A stretch of 64,000 bases of DNA from an uncultured Alteromonadaceae bacterium. Its GTDB lineage: Bacteria; Pseudomonadota; Gammaproteobacteria; Enterobacterales; Alteromonadaceae. The notes under the pieces are model-generated. The model had not been told where the DNA came from. It searched no databases and worked only from the letters and a program-made list of their open reading frames with translations. Position 1 is the first letter of the stretch. Every line of letters starts with the position of its first letter. The translations under genes and the position numbers were made by a program. Positions 50,064 through 60,384 of this stretch are shown here, piece after piece. The DNA lies in contig CANNDC010000021.1 of assembly GCA_947503265.1 (NCBI GenBank), forward strand, positions 4,797-68,796, written 5' to 3'.

Positions 50064-52109
50064 GTGATATTACACAGTTCTTTTTTCTCGACCATTTTTT
50101 TCCTCACAATTGCTAGCACCTTTTCGCTTGGCCTCGGCAAAGTCAATGCCAGTCAAAATGAAAATAATACGGACATAACTGAACATGCACACCAACAAGA
50201 ACAGCATAAAAATCATCAAGATGATGAGCATGAACACGGAGTCGAATCAATCCTTGTTCTGGCAACGCGCGGTAGCCGCACGGTAAGTAATGAACCCATT
50301 CGAGTGGAAGTTATCGTTGGTGAAGAAATCCAAGAGAAAGCCCTTATGCGTCCGGGGAATATATCAATGCTTGTTGCGGAGACTGGGGGAGTGAGAGTGC
50401 AAACCACGTCACCCGCCCTTGGCAGTGCAAATATACGCTTACAAGGCCTGTATGGTCGTTATACACAATTGCTCAACGATGGGCTACCTCTGTATGGCGG
50501 TCAGGCATCTTCAATCGGTCTATTGCAAATTCCTCCCACTGACTTATCTTCAGTCGAAATAATCAAGGGTTCTGCCTCTTCACTTTACGGAGGGTCGGCG
50601 ATGGGTGGTGTTATAAATCTTGTTTCACGTCGGCCCTCTGACCATTTCGAAGGCGAAGCGCTTGTAAACGTGACATCACGAGACGGGCAAGACCTAACGA
50701 CCTACCTTGCATCTCCCATTACAGACACTATAGGTGCATCATTCACTGGCGGGGGCCATTATCAACACGGTCAGGACTTTGATAACGATGGCTGGCTGGA
50801 TATGGCTGAATACGAACGTTTCACCGCTCGACCTAGATTGTTTTGGGAAAACGATGAAGGAACAAGTTTGTATGCAACGATTGGATTGATGACTGAAAAT
50901 CGAAACGGTGGAACTCGTATAGGACAAACAGTGCCAGATGGTAGCCCTTTTGTCCAAACACAAGATACTGAACGATTTGACGTGGGTTTAATCGCAAAAG
51001 GCATTGCTGGAGATGCTCTAAATTGGACAGTACGTAGCTCGGTTATGACGCAAAATCACGATAAACAATTCGGTTCCGTAGCAGAGAACGATCGCCATGA
51101 AAGCTATTTATTCGAGGGCACTCTGGCAGGATATTCAGCAAGCTCACACTGGGTTTTCGGCGTGGCAATGCAATCAGAGCGCTTCTATTCAGATGACTTC
51201 AGTGGCTTTGATTACGAATTTGATGTACCCGGCTTGTTTGCTCAGTTGGACTATGATCACAACGAGGATTTATCGACTTCCATAAGCGCTCGATTAGATG
51301 ACCACAGTGAATATGGAGAACAATTTAGTCCGCGAATTTCAATTCTTTACCGCCCTAATGATTGGACTATTCGCGCATCTCATGGGCGTGGTTATTTCGC
51401 CCCTACGCCCTTTGTCGAAGCTATAGAAGCAGCAGGGTTGTCACGGTTAGCCCCGTTAAACGGGCTCGAAGAGGAAACGGCTAGAACATGGTCATTGGAT
51501 ATTGGTTACCAACTTGGCAAACTAGAAACCAGTGTGACCCTGTTTAATTCAAATGTTGAAGGCGTGACTGAACTTGAGGCATTTGCTTCTGAAATGAATG
51601 GCTCGCTCAATCGAGTACAATTAGTCAACGCAATGGGCGAATCCCGTATTTTTGGTTCTGAGTTGTTACTACGTTATAAATGGAACGACTTTAAACTGAC
51701 TGCCAGCTATCTGTTCCTAGACGCGACTGAGTATGATGAATCAAATCAGCGTCGTCAGTCCATCGAGCTGACTCCGCGTCACTCTGCTGGCTTTGTTGCT
51801 ATGTGGGAACAACATGGAAAAGGTCGTTTGGGGTTTGAAGCCTATTACACTGGGGAACAACGTTTGGATGGCAATCCCTTCCGACAAGAAAGTAAACCGT
51901 ATTGGCATTTAGGTCTTTTGGGTGAAATCACCTTGGGCAATGTGAGTTGGTTTGTCAATGCAGAAAATTTACTGAATATCCGTCAGACACGAGACGATCC
52001 CCTAGTTTTGCCAACACGCGCACCCGACGGTCAATGGACAACCGATATTTGGTCGCGCAATGATGGATTCATTGTGAATGCAGGTGTTAGGGTTAAATTT
52101 GGTGGCTAA
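50064..52109 (+). CDS. TonB-dependent outer membrane receptor with His-rich N-terminal segment
   Basis: Plug motifs IRLQGL.GRYTQLL.DG, VEIIKGSASSLYG..AMGGVINL; NAENLLN; C-terminal VRVKF. Confidence 0.92.
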   Translation: MILHSSFFSTIFFLTIASTFSLGLGKVNASQNENNTDITEHAHQQEQHKNHQDDEHEHGVESILVLATRGSRTVSNEPIRVEVIVGEEIQEKALMRPGNISMLVAETGGVRVQTTSPALGSANIRLQGLYGRYTQLLNDGLPLYGGQASSIGLLQIPPTDLSSVEIIKGSASSLYGGSAMGGVINLVSRRPSDHFEGEALVNVTSRDGQDLTTYLASPITDTIGASFTGGGHYQHGQDFDNDGWLDMAEYERFTARPRLFWENDEGTSLYATIGLMTENRNGGTRIGQTVPDGSPFVQTQDTERFDVGLIAKGIAGDALNWTVRSSVMTQNHDKQFGSVAENDRHESYLFEGTLAGYSASSHWVFGVAMQSERFYSDDFSGFDYEFDVPGLFAQLDYDHNEDLSTSISARLDDHSEYGEQFSPRISILYRPNDWTIRASHGRGYFAPTPFVEAIEAAGLSRLAPLNGLEEETARTWSLDIGYQLGKLETSVTLFNSNVEGVTELEAFASEMNGSLNRVQLVNAMGESRIFGSELLLRYKWNDFKLTASYLFLDATEYDESNQRRQSIELTPRHSAGFVAMWEQHGKGRLGFEAYYTGEQRLDGNPFRQESKPYWHLGLLGEITLGNVSWFVNAENLLNIRQTRDDPLVLPTRAPDGQWTTDIWSRNDGFIVNAGVRVKFGG

Positions 52110-52124
52110 CTGGGATTATCAAAA

Positions 52125-52781
52125 TCAGGTAAACAATTTCTGAAACCAACCTTTTTGCAATTCAGCTTCGCAGGTTTTTAATTGAGTGGCGTACCTTAAC
52201 GAACGGGCATGCACTTTTTTTGCGACTGGGATCAACCATTTCTTTTTGTTATAGGTTTTTCGTTTAAACCCGCCCCACCCTTCATGATAATTTAGGTATT
52301 GCGCATAGGCATCCCATTTAGAAATTCCATTTACCTTATAGGTTTTACTGATGAACCACCCCATAAAGTCTAACGCATCATCAAAATCATCTCTGTCTGC
52401 ACCGGTATTTTTTGTTTCCCGCACATAATCCGCCCAGGTAGGTGTTTTAGCTTGCGAATAACCATATGCAGAGCTTATTCGGCCCCAAGGAATTAAGCCA
52501 AAAAATACATAGTCTTTCGGTGGTAAGGCATCAGCTCTGAACGAGCTTTCTTGATACATGATTGCCATAGGCACATGGATAGGAACGCCCCATTTATCTT
52601 TCATATCTGAAGCTGAATCATACCAGCCAGATTTTTCATGAAAAATATGACAAATATTGCTTATATTTTTAGGTTGAGTGGCAGTACAGGCCCCTAAAAC
52701 AAAGGCCAGCATGATAGAAGCACCTAAATAAGCAAAATTATTTTTAAATAAATTTTGATTTTTTGTGAACTTCTTGACCAT
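52125..52781 (-). CDS. Transglycosylase SLT-domain lipoprotein
   Basis: Lipobox LGAC; AIMYQESSF catalytic Glu; SSAYGYSQA; YLNYHEG. Confidence 0.85.
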   Translation of the reverse strand: MVKKFTKNQNLFKNNFAYLGASIMLAFVLGACTATQPKNISNICHIFHEKSGWYDSASDMKDKWGVPIHVPMAIMYQESSFRADALPPKDYVFFGLIPWGRISSAYGYSQAKTPTWADYVRETKNTGADRDDFDDALDFMGWFISKTYKVNGISKWDAYAQYLNYHEGWGGFKRKTYNKKKWLIPVAKKVHARSLRYATQLKTCEAELQKGWFQKLFT

Positions 52782-52798
52782 TTGTGACTCTTAATTAA

Positions 52799-52867
52799 CG
52801 TGTTCTAGTAATTGTGTGTTTTCCCTGGTAGTAGTTTAATGCCTGACCTTGTGTCAGGCATTTTTTT
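52799..52867 (+). ncRNA. Candidate sigmaE-type small RNA, convergent with gshA
   Basis: GAACTT(52767)-N16-TCTTA(52789) promoter-like motif; strong plus-strand terminator at 52838-52867 between two minus-strand genes; 5' end estimated. Confidence 0.45.
52838..52867 (+). terminator. Intrinsic terminator, plus strand
   Basis: AATGCCTGAC-CTTGT-GTCAGGCATT with T7 run. Confidence 0.8.
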
Positions 52868-52924
52868 ATCCAAGGTAATAAACATTGTGACACTTAATAT
52901 CGCGAAGAATTTCAAATCTCTAGA

Positions 52925-54505
52925 TTAATATTCAAAATAATTTTTCAAAAATTCATCAAATGAGACGTTATCCGCTTGTTCTTTAGCTTGCTGCTGTTTA
53001 ATGGATGTTTCCGCCAATGCAGCAAATTCTGAGTCTGAAAAAATTTGATAGTCAGTTGCTTTAAGTTGATCACGATAGGCTTGCGCCAATTCCATTCCCA
53101 ACTGCCCGTTGTCTTTATTTCCAGCCAACAAATCAGATAAAATAACAGCTGAGGGTGTTTTACTCGAGTCCACAACCTTTTGCCACTGCTGCTCAACAGA
53201 CTGGGTAAACAAGGTATTGTCGTTTGCATTGTCTAGCACCTTTGCAATTTCGCGCATGTGCTCAAAAATTGGGCCGGCCCATTCTTGAATGCTAACTGGG
53301 TTATTTTCTCTCTTTAACCGCAACTCTGGGTCACGACCATTCACGACCACACTACTCAAATTGTCTTCGGTCTCTTGATATTGAGCATCTGTCATCATTG
53401 CGCTGGGAGCGACCAAACAATAGGTTAGAAATACATCGAGGAAATAAAACTGACTCTTTTCTATGCCCACTGCACTAAATGGATTTACATCCAAGGCCCT
53501 GACTTCAATGTAATTAACTCCTCTCTCGGCTAATGCATCGGTCGGTTTCTCTAGTGGCTTAGTTGGCTGTTTAGGTCGAATTGGAGAGTACAATTCGTTT
53601 TCAATTTGCAGAACATTACTATTCAACTGTTGGTATTCGCCATTTATTTTACCTTCAAAAGCACGGTATTTTTCAGAGGGCGTTTTAATCGCTTTTCGCA
53701 CCGAATTGATATAGGTATCGACTTTGTTATAGCAGATGGAGAGGTCTGACTGTTCTGAATTTGTATACCCTAAATCACTCATACGTAACGAAGTAGCATA
53801 AGGCAAATATATCGATCCCTTGCCCAACTTTTGAAACGGTAAATTCGTCTTTTTTCCTTTGATAAAAGAGCCACACAAAGCGGGCGATGCACCAAATAGA
53901 TAAGGTATCAGCCAACAAAAACGGCGATAATTTCTGACCAATGCAAAATAGGCTTCAGATATGGTGTCTTTGTTCGCTTCTTTTGCTTCGGATTCTTCAA
54001 GCCATACTTGCCAAAACTCATCGGAAAATGAAAAATTGAAATGCACGCCGGAAATAGCCTGCATGGCACTGCCATAGCGGTTTTTTAATCCGACTCGATA
54101 GAGTGTTTTCATTTTGCCAATATTCGAGGTGCCATAGTTGGCTATAGGGATATTTTCGTCACCTTGGACGAAGCAAGGCATGCTTAAAGGCCAAAGCATT
54201 TCTTCACCCATGTGGGATAGCACGTTTTTATGAATATCGGTCAGTTGCTTGATTGTTTTGTCTGGGTTTGTTTCAGGGGGTGTGATGAACTCCAACAAAG
54301 ACTCAGAAAAATCAGTGGTAATATATTCATGGGTCAGAGCTGCCCCTAGCATTGGTGGATGAGGAGTTTGCGCCAAACTGCCGTTTGGATTAATGCGCAA
54401 AGTTTCTCTTTCTACTCCATGTTTAATTTGTGGCAGAGTGGCAGAAACAGCCGGTTTAGCTAGCAGGTTCACACGTTCTGAAAATGAAGCAGGCTTTGAC
54501 GTCAA
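52925..54505 (-). CDS. gshA: Glutamate-cysteine ligase
   Basis: GVERETLR, ITTDFSESLLEF, WPLSMPC, MQAISGVHFNFS, YATSLRMSDLGY, IENELYSPIRPK. Confidence 0.99.
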   Translation of the reverse strand: MTSKPASFSERVNLLAKPAVSATLPQIKHGVERETLRINPNGSLAQTPHPPMLGAALTHEYITTDFSESLLEFITPPETNPDKTIKQLTDIHKNVLSHMGEEMLWPLSMPCFVQGDENIPIANYGTSNIGKMKTLYRVGLKNRYGSAMQAISGVHFNFSFSDEFWQVWLEESEAKEANKDTISEAYFALVRNYRRFCWLIPYLFGASPALCGSFIKGKKTNLPFQKLGKGSIYLPYATSLRMSDLGYTNSEQSDLSICYNKVDTYINSVRKAIKTPSEKYRAFEGKINGEYQQLNSNVLQIENELYSPIRPKQPTKPLEKPTDALAERGVNYIEVRALDVNPFSAVGIEKSQFYFLDVFLTYCLVAPSAMMTDAQYQETEDNLSSVVVNGRDPELRLKRENNPVSIQEWAGPIFEHMREIAKVLDNANDNTLFTQSVEQQWQKVVDSSKTPSAVILSDLLAGNKDNGQLGMELAQAYRDQLKATDYQIFSDSEFAALAETSIKQQQAKEQADNVSFDEFLKNYFEY

Positions 54506-54749
54506 AATAGATTCCTAAAAAAGTGCGTGAAGACCTAAAGTGGGGAGTGCAACGAGTGATTTCAACTCTGACCCCTTTTTAGCTTCCGCGATTCCCATTT
54601 GGTTATCACTATCGTCAAGAATCTACTTTCAAAATAGTGATCATATTGAGCACCAAAAGGTGCAAAACATTACAGACAGCAAAAATAACAAATAAATTTC
54701 AATACAGACAGACTAACCAACCCAAAACGAGTTCGATTAGTCTTATTCT

Positions 54750-57671
54750 CTATCGCGTTGGCACTTGCAACACATCGTAATCAACAATAGGTATTTGCAA
54801 CTCCTCTAGCTGTGGCATGAGAATATTCTTGTCACCCACGACAATGATTTGCATCGCTTCTACTTTTAATAATTCAGACGCTAGCTCATTGAGCTCAGTT
54901 GCTGAAATCGTACTAATGATTTCACCTTGTTTCTCGCGATATTCGCGTTTTAGACCGTATGTTAGCAAATGATTCAAAAACGTGGCTTTGTCACTCGGTG
55001 TTTCATAGTTTAATGCTTCAGATTGAGTGTAGGCACTGCGCATGGATTTCAGTTCTTGTTCTGTCATTCCTGCCTGTTGGAATTTTGATATTTCTTTAAT
55101 AAGCTCCGCAATGCTATCTGCTGTATTTTCTTTTTTCACGTTGGCGCTGGCAACAAAGCGCCCCAGCGACTTGCCACCGATAAAACTACTGTAGGCGCCG
55201 TAAGAATATCCTTTGTCTTCTCGCAAGTTTAGGTTTATTCGACTGTTAAACATGCCACCGAGCGGGAAATTCATCAGTTTGCTTTTGAAATGAGTTCCAT
55301 GGGGATCATAAGGCAATGCGCGTTTTACCAACTTCACAATCGATTGCGCTGCGTCCTTTTTATCGACCAAATAAATAGAGCTAGTTTGATACTCAGGAAA
55401 TGGCTCAAATTCAGGTATTTGATAGTCAGGACCTTGCCAATCAATTAAGAATGATAATTTTTCCTTTACACTATTTTGATCTATGGCACCTACGATAACC
55501 AGATTGGCATGTTTGGGAGAATAAAAACGCGAGTAAAAGTTCTTTACGTCTTCTAGTTGAATATTTGCTAAGGTTTGTCGCGTACCGCTATCTGGTCGAG
55601 AAATTCGATTTTTCTCGCCATACATAAGTTTGCTTACCGCACGGTTAGCCAACACACTAGGATTTTTAATAGCTTGTTGAAGCTGTTGATCCAGACTTTC
55701 TTTAATTCTTAAAAAATCTGCCTCGAGGAAAGCCGGTGAAAACAATTTTTCCTTTAAGATAGACAGGGTTTCATCAAGATTTTTAACCAAAGCACTCACG
55801 CGTATTTGCGTAAATCGTCCTGCCGCGTTAAAACTCACTCTGCTGCCCAATAGCTCTAATTGATTGGCAATCTGTTCATTACTGCTAGTTAACGTTGACT
55901 CATTCATCATTTGCGCGGTAAATGCGGCTAGACCTGCTTTATCAATCGGGTCAAGTAATGGTCCGCCTTCTAAGCTAAGCAACAAACTAACCGTAGGTGT
56001 TTCATCAGTAGAATGAGATAACAACTCAATACCATTTTCGAAGTTTATGCGACTGTATTCGGGTACTTTAACTACTGGGTTGGGTCCCGCGGTAGGGATA
56101 ATGCTACGATCAAAGTCGTCTTTGATTTCAGGCGCTTTAATATCTTGAGTTTCAGTTGTAACCGCAAAGTTTCGTGTTGGTTTTTCAAAGTTGGCAGGTG
56201 CAGCAGCGAGTGCTGACTGACCTTTTGGCACAATACTCAAAATCACTTTAGGTTTGTCTTTGATATATTTTTTATAAACCCGCATCACATCTTCCACTGT
56301 GACATTGTTGTATCTGTCTAAATCAAATTGAACCATATCAGGTTGTCGATTAAATATTTCGTTAGAAGCCAAAGTCGACACTTTTCCGGATACACTTTGC
56401 AAACCAAAAATCGTTGATGCCTCGATGCTTGCCTTCACCTTATCTAGATCATCTTGATTGACGCCCCGTGTTTCAAATTCAATGAGCGTAGCTTCAATTA
56501 TTGCCTTGATATCTTTCAGCTCAGATGACTTGGCGGGGTTCGGTAAAGCAATGAGTTGGAATTCACACGCTAGCTCTCGACATGGATGAGACACGACGGC
56601 TTGCACTGCATGATTGTCTTTAACCATGTTTTTATAGAACAAGGAGGTTTTTCCACCACCAAGTATGTTGGACAATACATCCAGTGGGGCCTCATCTGGG
56701 TGCCTGACGTGAACTGTAGGGAAGGTTAACTGCAATAATGGCAAATAAACTTCATCTTCATGGGTCAAATATCGGTCTGCTTCAAGTGTGACAGGCGTTT
56801 TTTCCATGTCCACCACTTCTGGTCCTCTAGGAATGGAACCAAAGTATTGTTTTACCCACTTAAGGGTTTGTATTTTGTCTATATTGCCGCCTATGGTAAG
56901 CACAGCATTGTTAGGGCCATACCAGCGAGTAAAAAACTTTTTAAGGTCATTCACTGTCACTCTGTCTAAATCTTCAATATAACCAATAGTTGACCAAGAG
57001 TAAGGGTGCCCAACAGGATAAAGCGCTTCTGAATTGCGTTCTGACCTGAGTCCGTAGGGTCGGTTATCATAGTTTTGACCGCGTTCGTTTTTAACCGTCT
57101 CACGCTGAATTTCAAATTTTTCTTGGGTGACTGAATCCAATAAGAACCCCATACGATCTGATTCTAGCCAAAGCACTTTTTCAAGCTGATTAGTCGGAAC
57201 GGTTTGATAGTAATTTGTTCTGTCACTATTGGTGGTGCCGTTCATGGAACCGCCAGCCTCAGTAATTATCTTGAAGTGCTCATCATCAGCGACGTGTTTA
57301 GAGCCCTGAAACATCATGTGTTCAAAAAAGTGAGCAAAGCCAGATTTCCCTAACTCTTCTCTGGCAGAGCCAACATGATAAGTAACATCAACATGCACTA
57401 AGGGGTCTGAATCATCTTCATGTAAAACAACCGTTAAACCGTTTTCGAGATGGTATTTTTCGTATTTGATACTGACCGTATCTGAGCCGCTAGTATGGTT
57501 TTCATCTACTAATACTACGCCATCGGGAAGAACAAGATTGTTAACTGAGTCAACAGCATGTTTCGCTGAAGAACACGCAAATAATAAAGTACAAAGAATG
57601 AGGCCGAATACGCCGTTTTTAAGGTGATATTTAGATAATAACTTGGACATGGTTTTAACTACTTTTCCCAT
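54750..57671 (-). CDS. M16 family zinc peptidase (insulinase-like), lipoprotein
   Basis: HFFEH inverted zinc motif, NGTT..DRTNYY, LREDKGYSYG; lipobox LFAC. Confidence 0.93.
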   Translation of the reverse strand: MGKVVKTMSKLLSKYHLKNGVFGLILCTLLFACSSAKHAVDSVNNLVLPDGVVLVDENHTSGSDTVSIKYEKYHLENGLTVVLHEDDSDPLVHVDVTYHVGSAREELGKSGFAHFFEHMMFQGSKHVADDEHFKIITEAGGSMNGTTNSDRTNYYQTVPTNQLEKVLWLESDRMGFLLDSVTQEKFEIQRETVKNERGQNYDNRPYGLRSERNSEALYPVGHPYSWSTIGYIEDLDRVTVNDLKKFFTRWYGPNNAVLTIGGNIDKIQTLKWVKQYFGSIPRGPEVVDMEKTPVTLEADRYLTHEDEVYLPLLQLTFPTVHVRHPDEAPLDVLSNILGGGKTSLFYKNMVKDNHAVQAVVSHPCRELACEFQLIALPNPAKSSELKDIKAIIEATLIEFETRGVNQDDLDKVKASIEASTIFGLQSVSGKVSTLASNEIFNRQPDMVQFDLDRYNNVTVEDVMRVYKKYIKDKPKVILSIVPKGQSALAAAPANFEKPTRNFAVTTETQDIKAPEIKDDFDRSIIPTAGPNPVVKVPEYSRINFENGIELLSHSTDETPTVSLLLSLEGGPLLDPIDKAGLAAFTAQMMNESTLTSSNEQIANQLELLGSRVSFNAAGRFTQIRVSALVKNLDETLSILKEKLFSPAFLEADFLRIKESLDQQLQQAIKNPSVLANRAVSKLMYGEKNRISRPDSGTRQTLANIQLEDVKNFYSRFYSPKHANLVIVGAIDQNSVKEKLSFLIDWQGPDYQIPEFEPFPEYQTSSIYLVDKKDAAQSIVKLVKRALPYDPHGTHFKSKLMNFPLGGMFNSRINLNLREDKGYSYGAYSSFIGGKSLGRFVASANVKKENTADSIAELIKEISKFQQAGMTEQELKSMRSAYTQSEALNYETPSDKATFLNHLLTYGLKREYREKQGEIISTISATELNELASELLKVEAMQIIVVGDKNILMPQLEELQIPIVDYDVLQVPTR

Positions 57672-57768
57672 CTATATTCTTATTGTTGATATCGCTAGAG
57701 TATTTAGTCTACCCTGTGCGAGAAAATAAAGTAACATGTTGCGATGAATTGTAGGTGCTGCACTTTAA

Positions 57769-58311
57769 ATGAACGACGAATTCCCACTTATTGATCTAAA
57801 ATTTGGCCTGTCACAACTCAGTGGCAATAGAGAGCTTTTGATAAAACTACTGATTAAGTTTCGCGATCAATATTGTGATCTTCCTGAAAAACTAATCATT
57901 ATGATCAACGCGAATGATAGAGAATCTGCAAGACTTCTTATCCATACGTTGAAAGGAGTGTCAGGCAACCTGGGGCTAAAACGTTTGCATAGTAGTGCAA
58001 GAGAAGCAGAATTGGTCATAACGAATATCCCACCTAATTCCACAAAACTTGATGAATTCAATGCTATTTTGTCTGAGACGATCAGCGAAATCACAGCATT
58101 GAGCGAAGAGCAAGATGGACAGGAAGTTAACAAGAATGAACCACTAGAGGGTCTCAGAGATGTTTTGACCCGAAACGAATACATATCTGCAGAAAATTTG
58201 AACGCTACCCTTGAGCAGACGGAATTCTCCGACTCACTAAAAGCGCAAATCACCCAAGCGGTGGAAGAATTAGATTACGCCACTGCTCTCAGTCTAATTG
58301 ACACAAATTAA
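57769..58311 (+). CDS. Stand-alone Hpt domain protein
   Basis: IHTLKGVSGNLG phosphotransfer His motif. Confidence 0.88.
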   Translation: MNDEFPLIDLKFGLSQLSGNRELLIKLLIKFRDQYCDLPEKLIIMINANDRESARLLIHTLKGVSGNLGLKRLHSSAREAELVITNIPPNSTKLDEFNAILSETISEITALSEEQDGQEVNKNEPLEGLRDVLTRNEYISAENLNATLEQTEFSDSLKAQITQAVEELDYATALSLIDTN

Positions 58312-58325
58312 ACGCAGCAGTAAGA

Positions 58326-59027
58326 ATGATTGATATCAAAGAGGTCAAAATAGTTTTCGAAAATGAAGACTTTCTTGCAATTAATAAACCCAGCGGCATC
58401 AGTGTTCAAGACGAACGAGACAAGACAGGTATATTGCCAATCATTTGCCAACAAACTGGTTATGATCGACTTTGGTTGGTGCATCGTCTGGATAAAGTGA
58501 CATCAGGCTTATTGTTGTTAGCGAAACACCAGCAAAGTGCAGCACGTTTAAGTGGGTACTTTGCGGATAGGAAAATCAGCAAGTATTATGTTGCTATTAC
58601 AGATAAAAAACCGAAGAAAAAGCAAGGTGCTGTGATTGGCGATATGCATAAAATACGAGATGGTAAATGGGCACTTTCAACGACAAAGGTTAATCCCGCT
58701 ATCAGTCAGTTTTTTAGCACTAGCCTATCCCCCGGTCTGAGATTAAACTTAGTTAAGCCATCTAGCGGAAAAACCCATCAAATTAGAGTAATGTGTAAAA
58801 GTTTAGGGAGTCCAATTTTGGGAGATACACTGTATTCAGGTACGCCTTCCGATAGAACATATTTACATGCCTATTGTCTTGATTTCATAGATCAAGCCAA
58901 TCAAATTAGACTAGTCTGCGAGCCCGAATCAGGCAATCTTTTTAAGCATTCAGACTATAAGCAGAGCTTGTCTAAATTTAGCACTCCATGGGACATACCC
59001 TGGCCACAAATCGGGCGCAATAAATGA
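58326..59027 (+). CDS. RluA-family pseudouridine synthase (TIGR01621-like)
   Basis: INKPSG, VHRLDKVTSG, SGKTHQIRV, LGSPILGD. Confidence 0.92.
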   Translation: MIDIKEVKIVFENEDFLAINKPSGISVQDERDKTGILPIICQQTGYDRLWLVHRLDKVTSGLLLLAKHQQSAARLSGYFADRKISKYYVAITDKKPKKKQGAVIGDMHKIRDGKWALSTTKVNPAISQFFSTSLSPGLRLNLVKPSSGKTHQIRVMCKSLGSPILGDTLYSGTPSDRTYLHAYCLDFIDQANQIRLVCEPESGNLFKHSDYKQSLSKFSTPWDIPWPQIGRNK

Positions 59028-59437
59028 ATGGTATAGTACGCAGCAAAGCGGGAGTAATAATTGCTTTAGCGGCTTTAGCCATATTTTTTATCGCCCTGTT
59101 ACTGCCGGTAAAGTATATACCGCTAGATACTACTCAGGACAAATATCACCATGGTTTGTTCTTTTTTGGACTAACTATCTTACTCTACTTGTGCCTACGC
59201 ATAAAAGTTTGGGTATTGTTTATAGTAGTTTCAATATTCGCGTGTGGAAGCGAATTGAGTCAGAAACTCGCCCCACAGCGAAGCAGTAATTTGGAAGATT
59301 TGACCGCAGATTTTTATGGTATAGGTGCCGCATTCGCCTGCATAGTGTTGTTTATGATCGTTCAAAAGGTTCGCGCTAAACATCTACGTAGTCATACTCA
59401 AAACCATGCACAAAACCAAACACAAAAGCCTGACTGA
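59024..59437 (+). CDS. VanZ family membrane protein
   Basis: DKYHH, SELSQ....RS....DL.AD..G. Confidence 0.8.
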   Translation: MNGIVRSKAGVIIALAALAIFFIALLLPVKYIPLDTTQDKYHHGLFFFGLTILLYLCLRIKVWVLFIVVSIFACGSELSQKLAPQRSSNLEDLTADFYGIGAAFACIVLFMIVQKVRAKHLRSHTQNHAQNQTQKPD

Positions 59438-59442
59438 GATAA

Positions 59443-60354
59443 ATGACAGTGAATATCGCTATTATCGGTAACGGCGCCATAGGAAATTTGCTTTGTTGGT
59501 TTAGTTTTCGTCAGCATATGCAATTTATCAATTTCGTAAGAAGTGCCCCTGACGTCTATATTGAATGCACAGAGTTGGATGGGCAAAAAGTAACTATTGA
59601 CGTTAACCAACAAACGCTCAACTCGGTTGGCAATCAGGAATTAACCCAAGACGTTATTTTTCTCCCCTTAAAAGCACATCAAATAGAGCCCACTGTTCGG
59701 CAAATATCGCAGATGGTAAGCCAATCCAGTACGCTGGTTTTATTACACAATGGTATGATCGATTTAAATGCAATAACCGCTATATTGCCCAACAATCCTA
59801 TCATTGCAGCCACTACTAGCTATGGAGCGTTTAAACCCAATAAGCATCAGCTTAGCATTACAGGGTTAGGGGCAACACAGGCAGGTTGGTTAGATAGCTC
59901 GATGAAAGATAGCGCAGTGGAAAACATCATCAACACGCTCCTTCCCCCATGTGAGTGGAGTGATACTATTTTAGATATTCTTTGGCGCAAGTTAGCCATC
60001 AACGCCGTAATAAATCCATTGACCGCTATTCACAACATCAAGAATGGTGCGTTATGCAATAGTCAATACCATCCTGCAGTTGCAGCCATATGCTCTGAAA
60101 CCGCCAAAGTAATGAACAGCCTAGGGCTTGAGGTTACTGCGGACGAGTTGAGCACGAAAGCACTGAATGTGGCGAACCTAACAGCAGCGAATTATTCTTC
60201 AATGCATCAAGACATCATGTATGGACGGCAGCACGAAATTGACAATATAAATGGCTATATTTGTGATCAGGGAGACATGTTAGGTATCGCCACCCCGATT
60301 AACCAAGAATTAGTAAATAAAGTAAAGTCCCTAGAGGAATACTTTAGGGACTAA
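59443..60354 (+). CDS. panE: 2-dehydropantoate 2-reductase
   Basis: IIGNGAIG, LLHNG, WRKLAINAVINPLTA, SSMHQD....HEIDNING. Confidence 0.92.
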   Translation: MTVNIAIIGNGAIGNLLCWFSFRQHMQFINFVRSAPDVYIECTELDGQKVTIDVNQQTLNSVGNQELTQDVIFLPLKAHQIEPTVRQISQMVSQSSTLVLLHNGMIDLNAITAILPNNPIIAATTSYGAFKPNKHQLSITGLGATQAGWLDSSMKDSAVENIINTLLPPCEWSDTILDILWRKLAINAVINPLTAIHNIKNGALCNSQYHPAVAAICSETAKVMNSLGLEVTADELSTKALNVANLTAANYSSMHQDIMYGRQHEIDNINGYICDQGDMLGIATPINQELVNKVKSLEEYFRD

Positions 60355-60384
60355 GAATACTGTTCCATGTTGAAAAAAGTGCTT

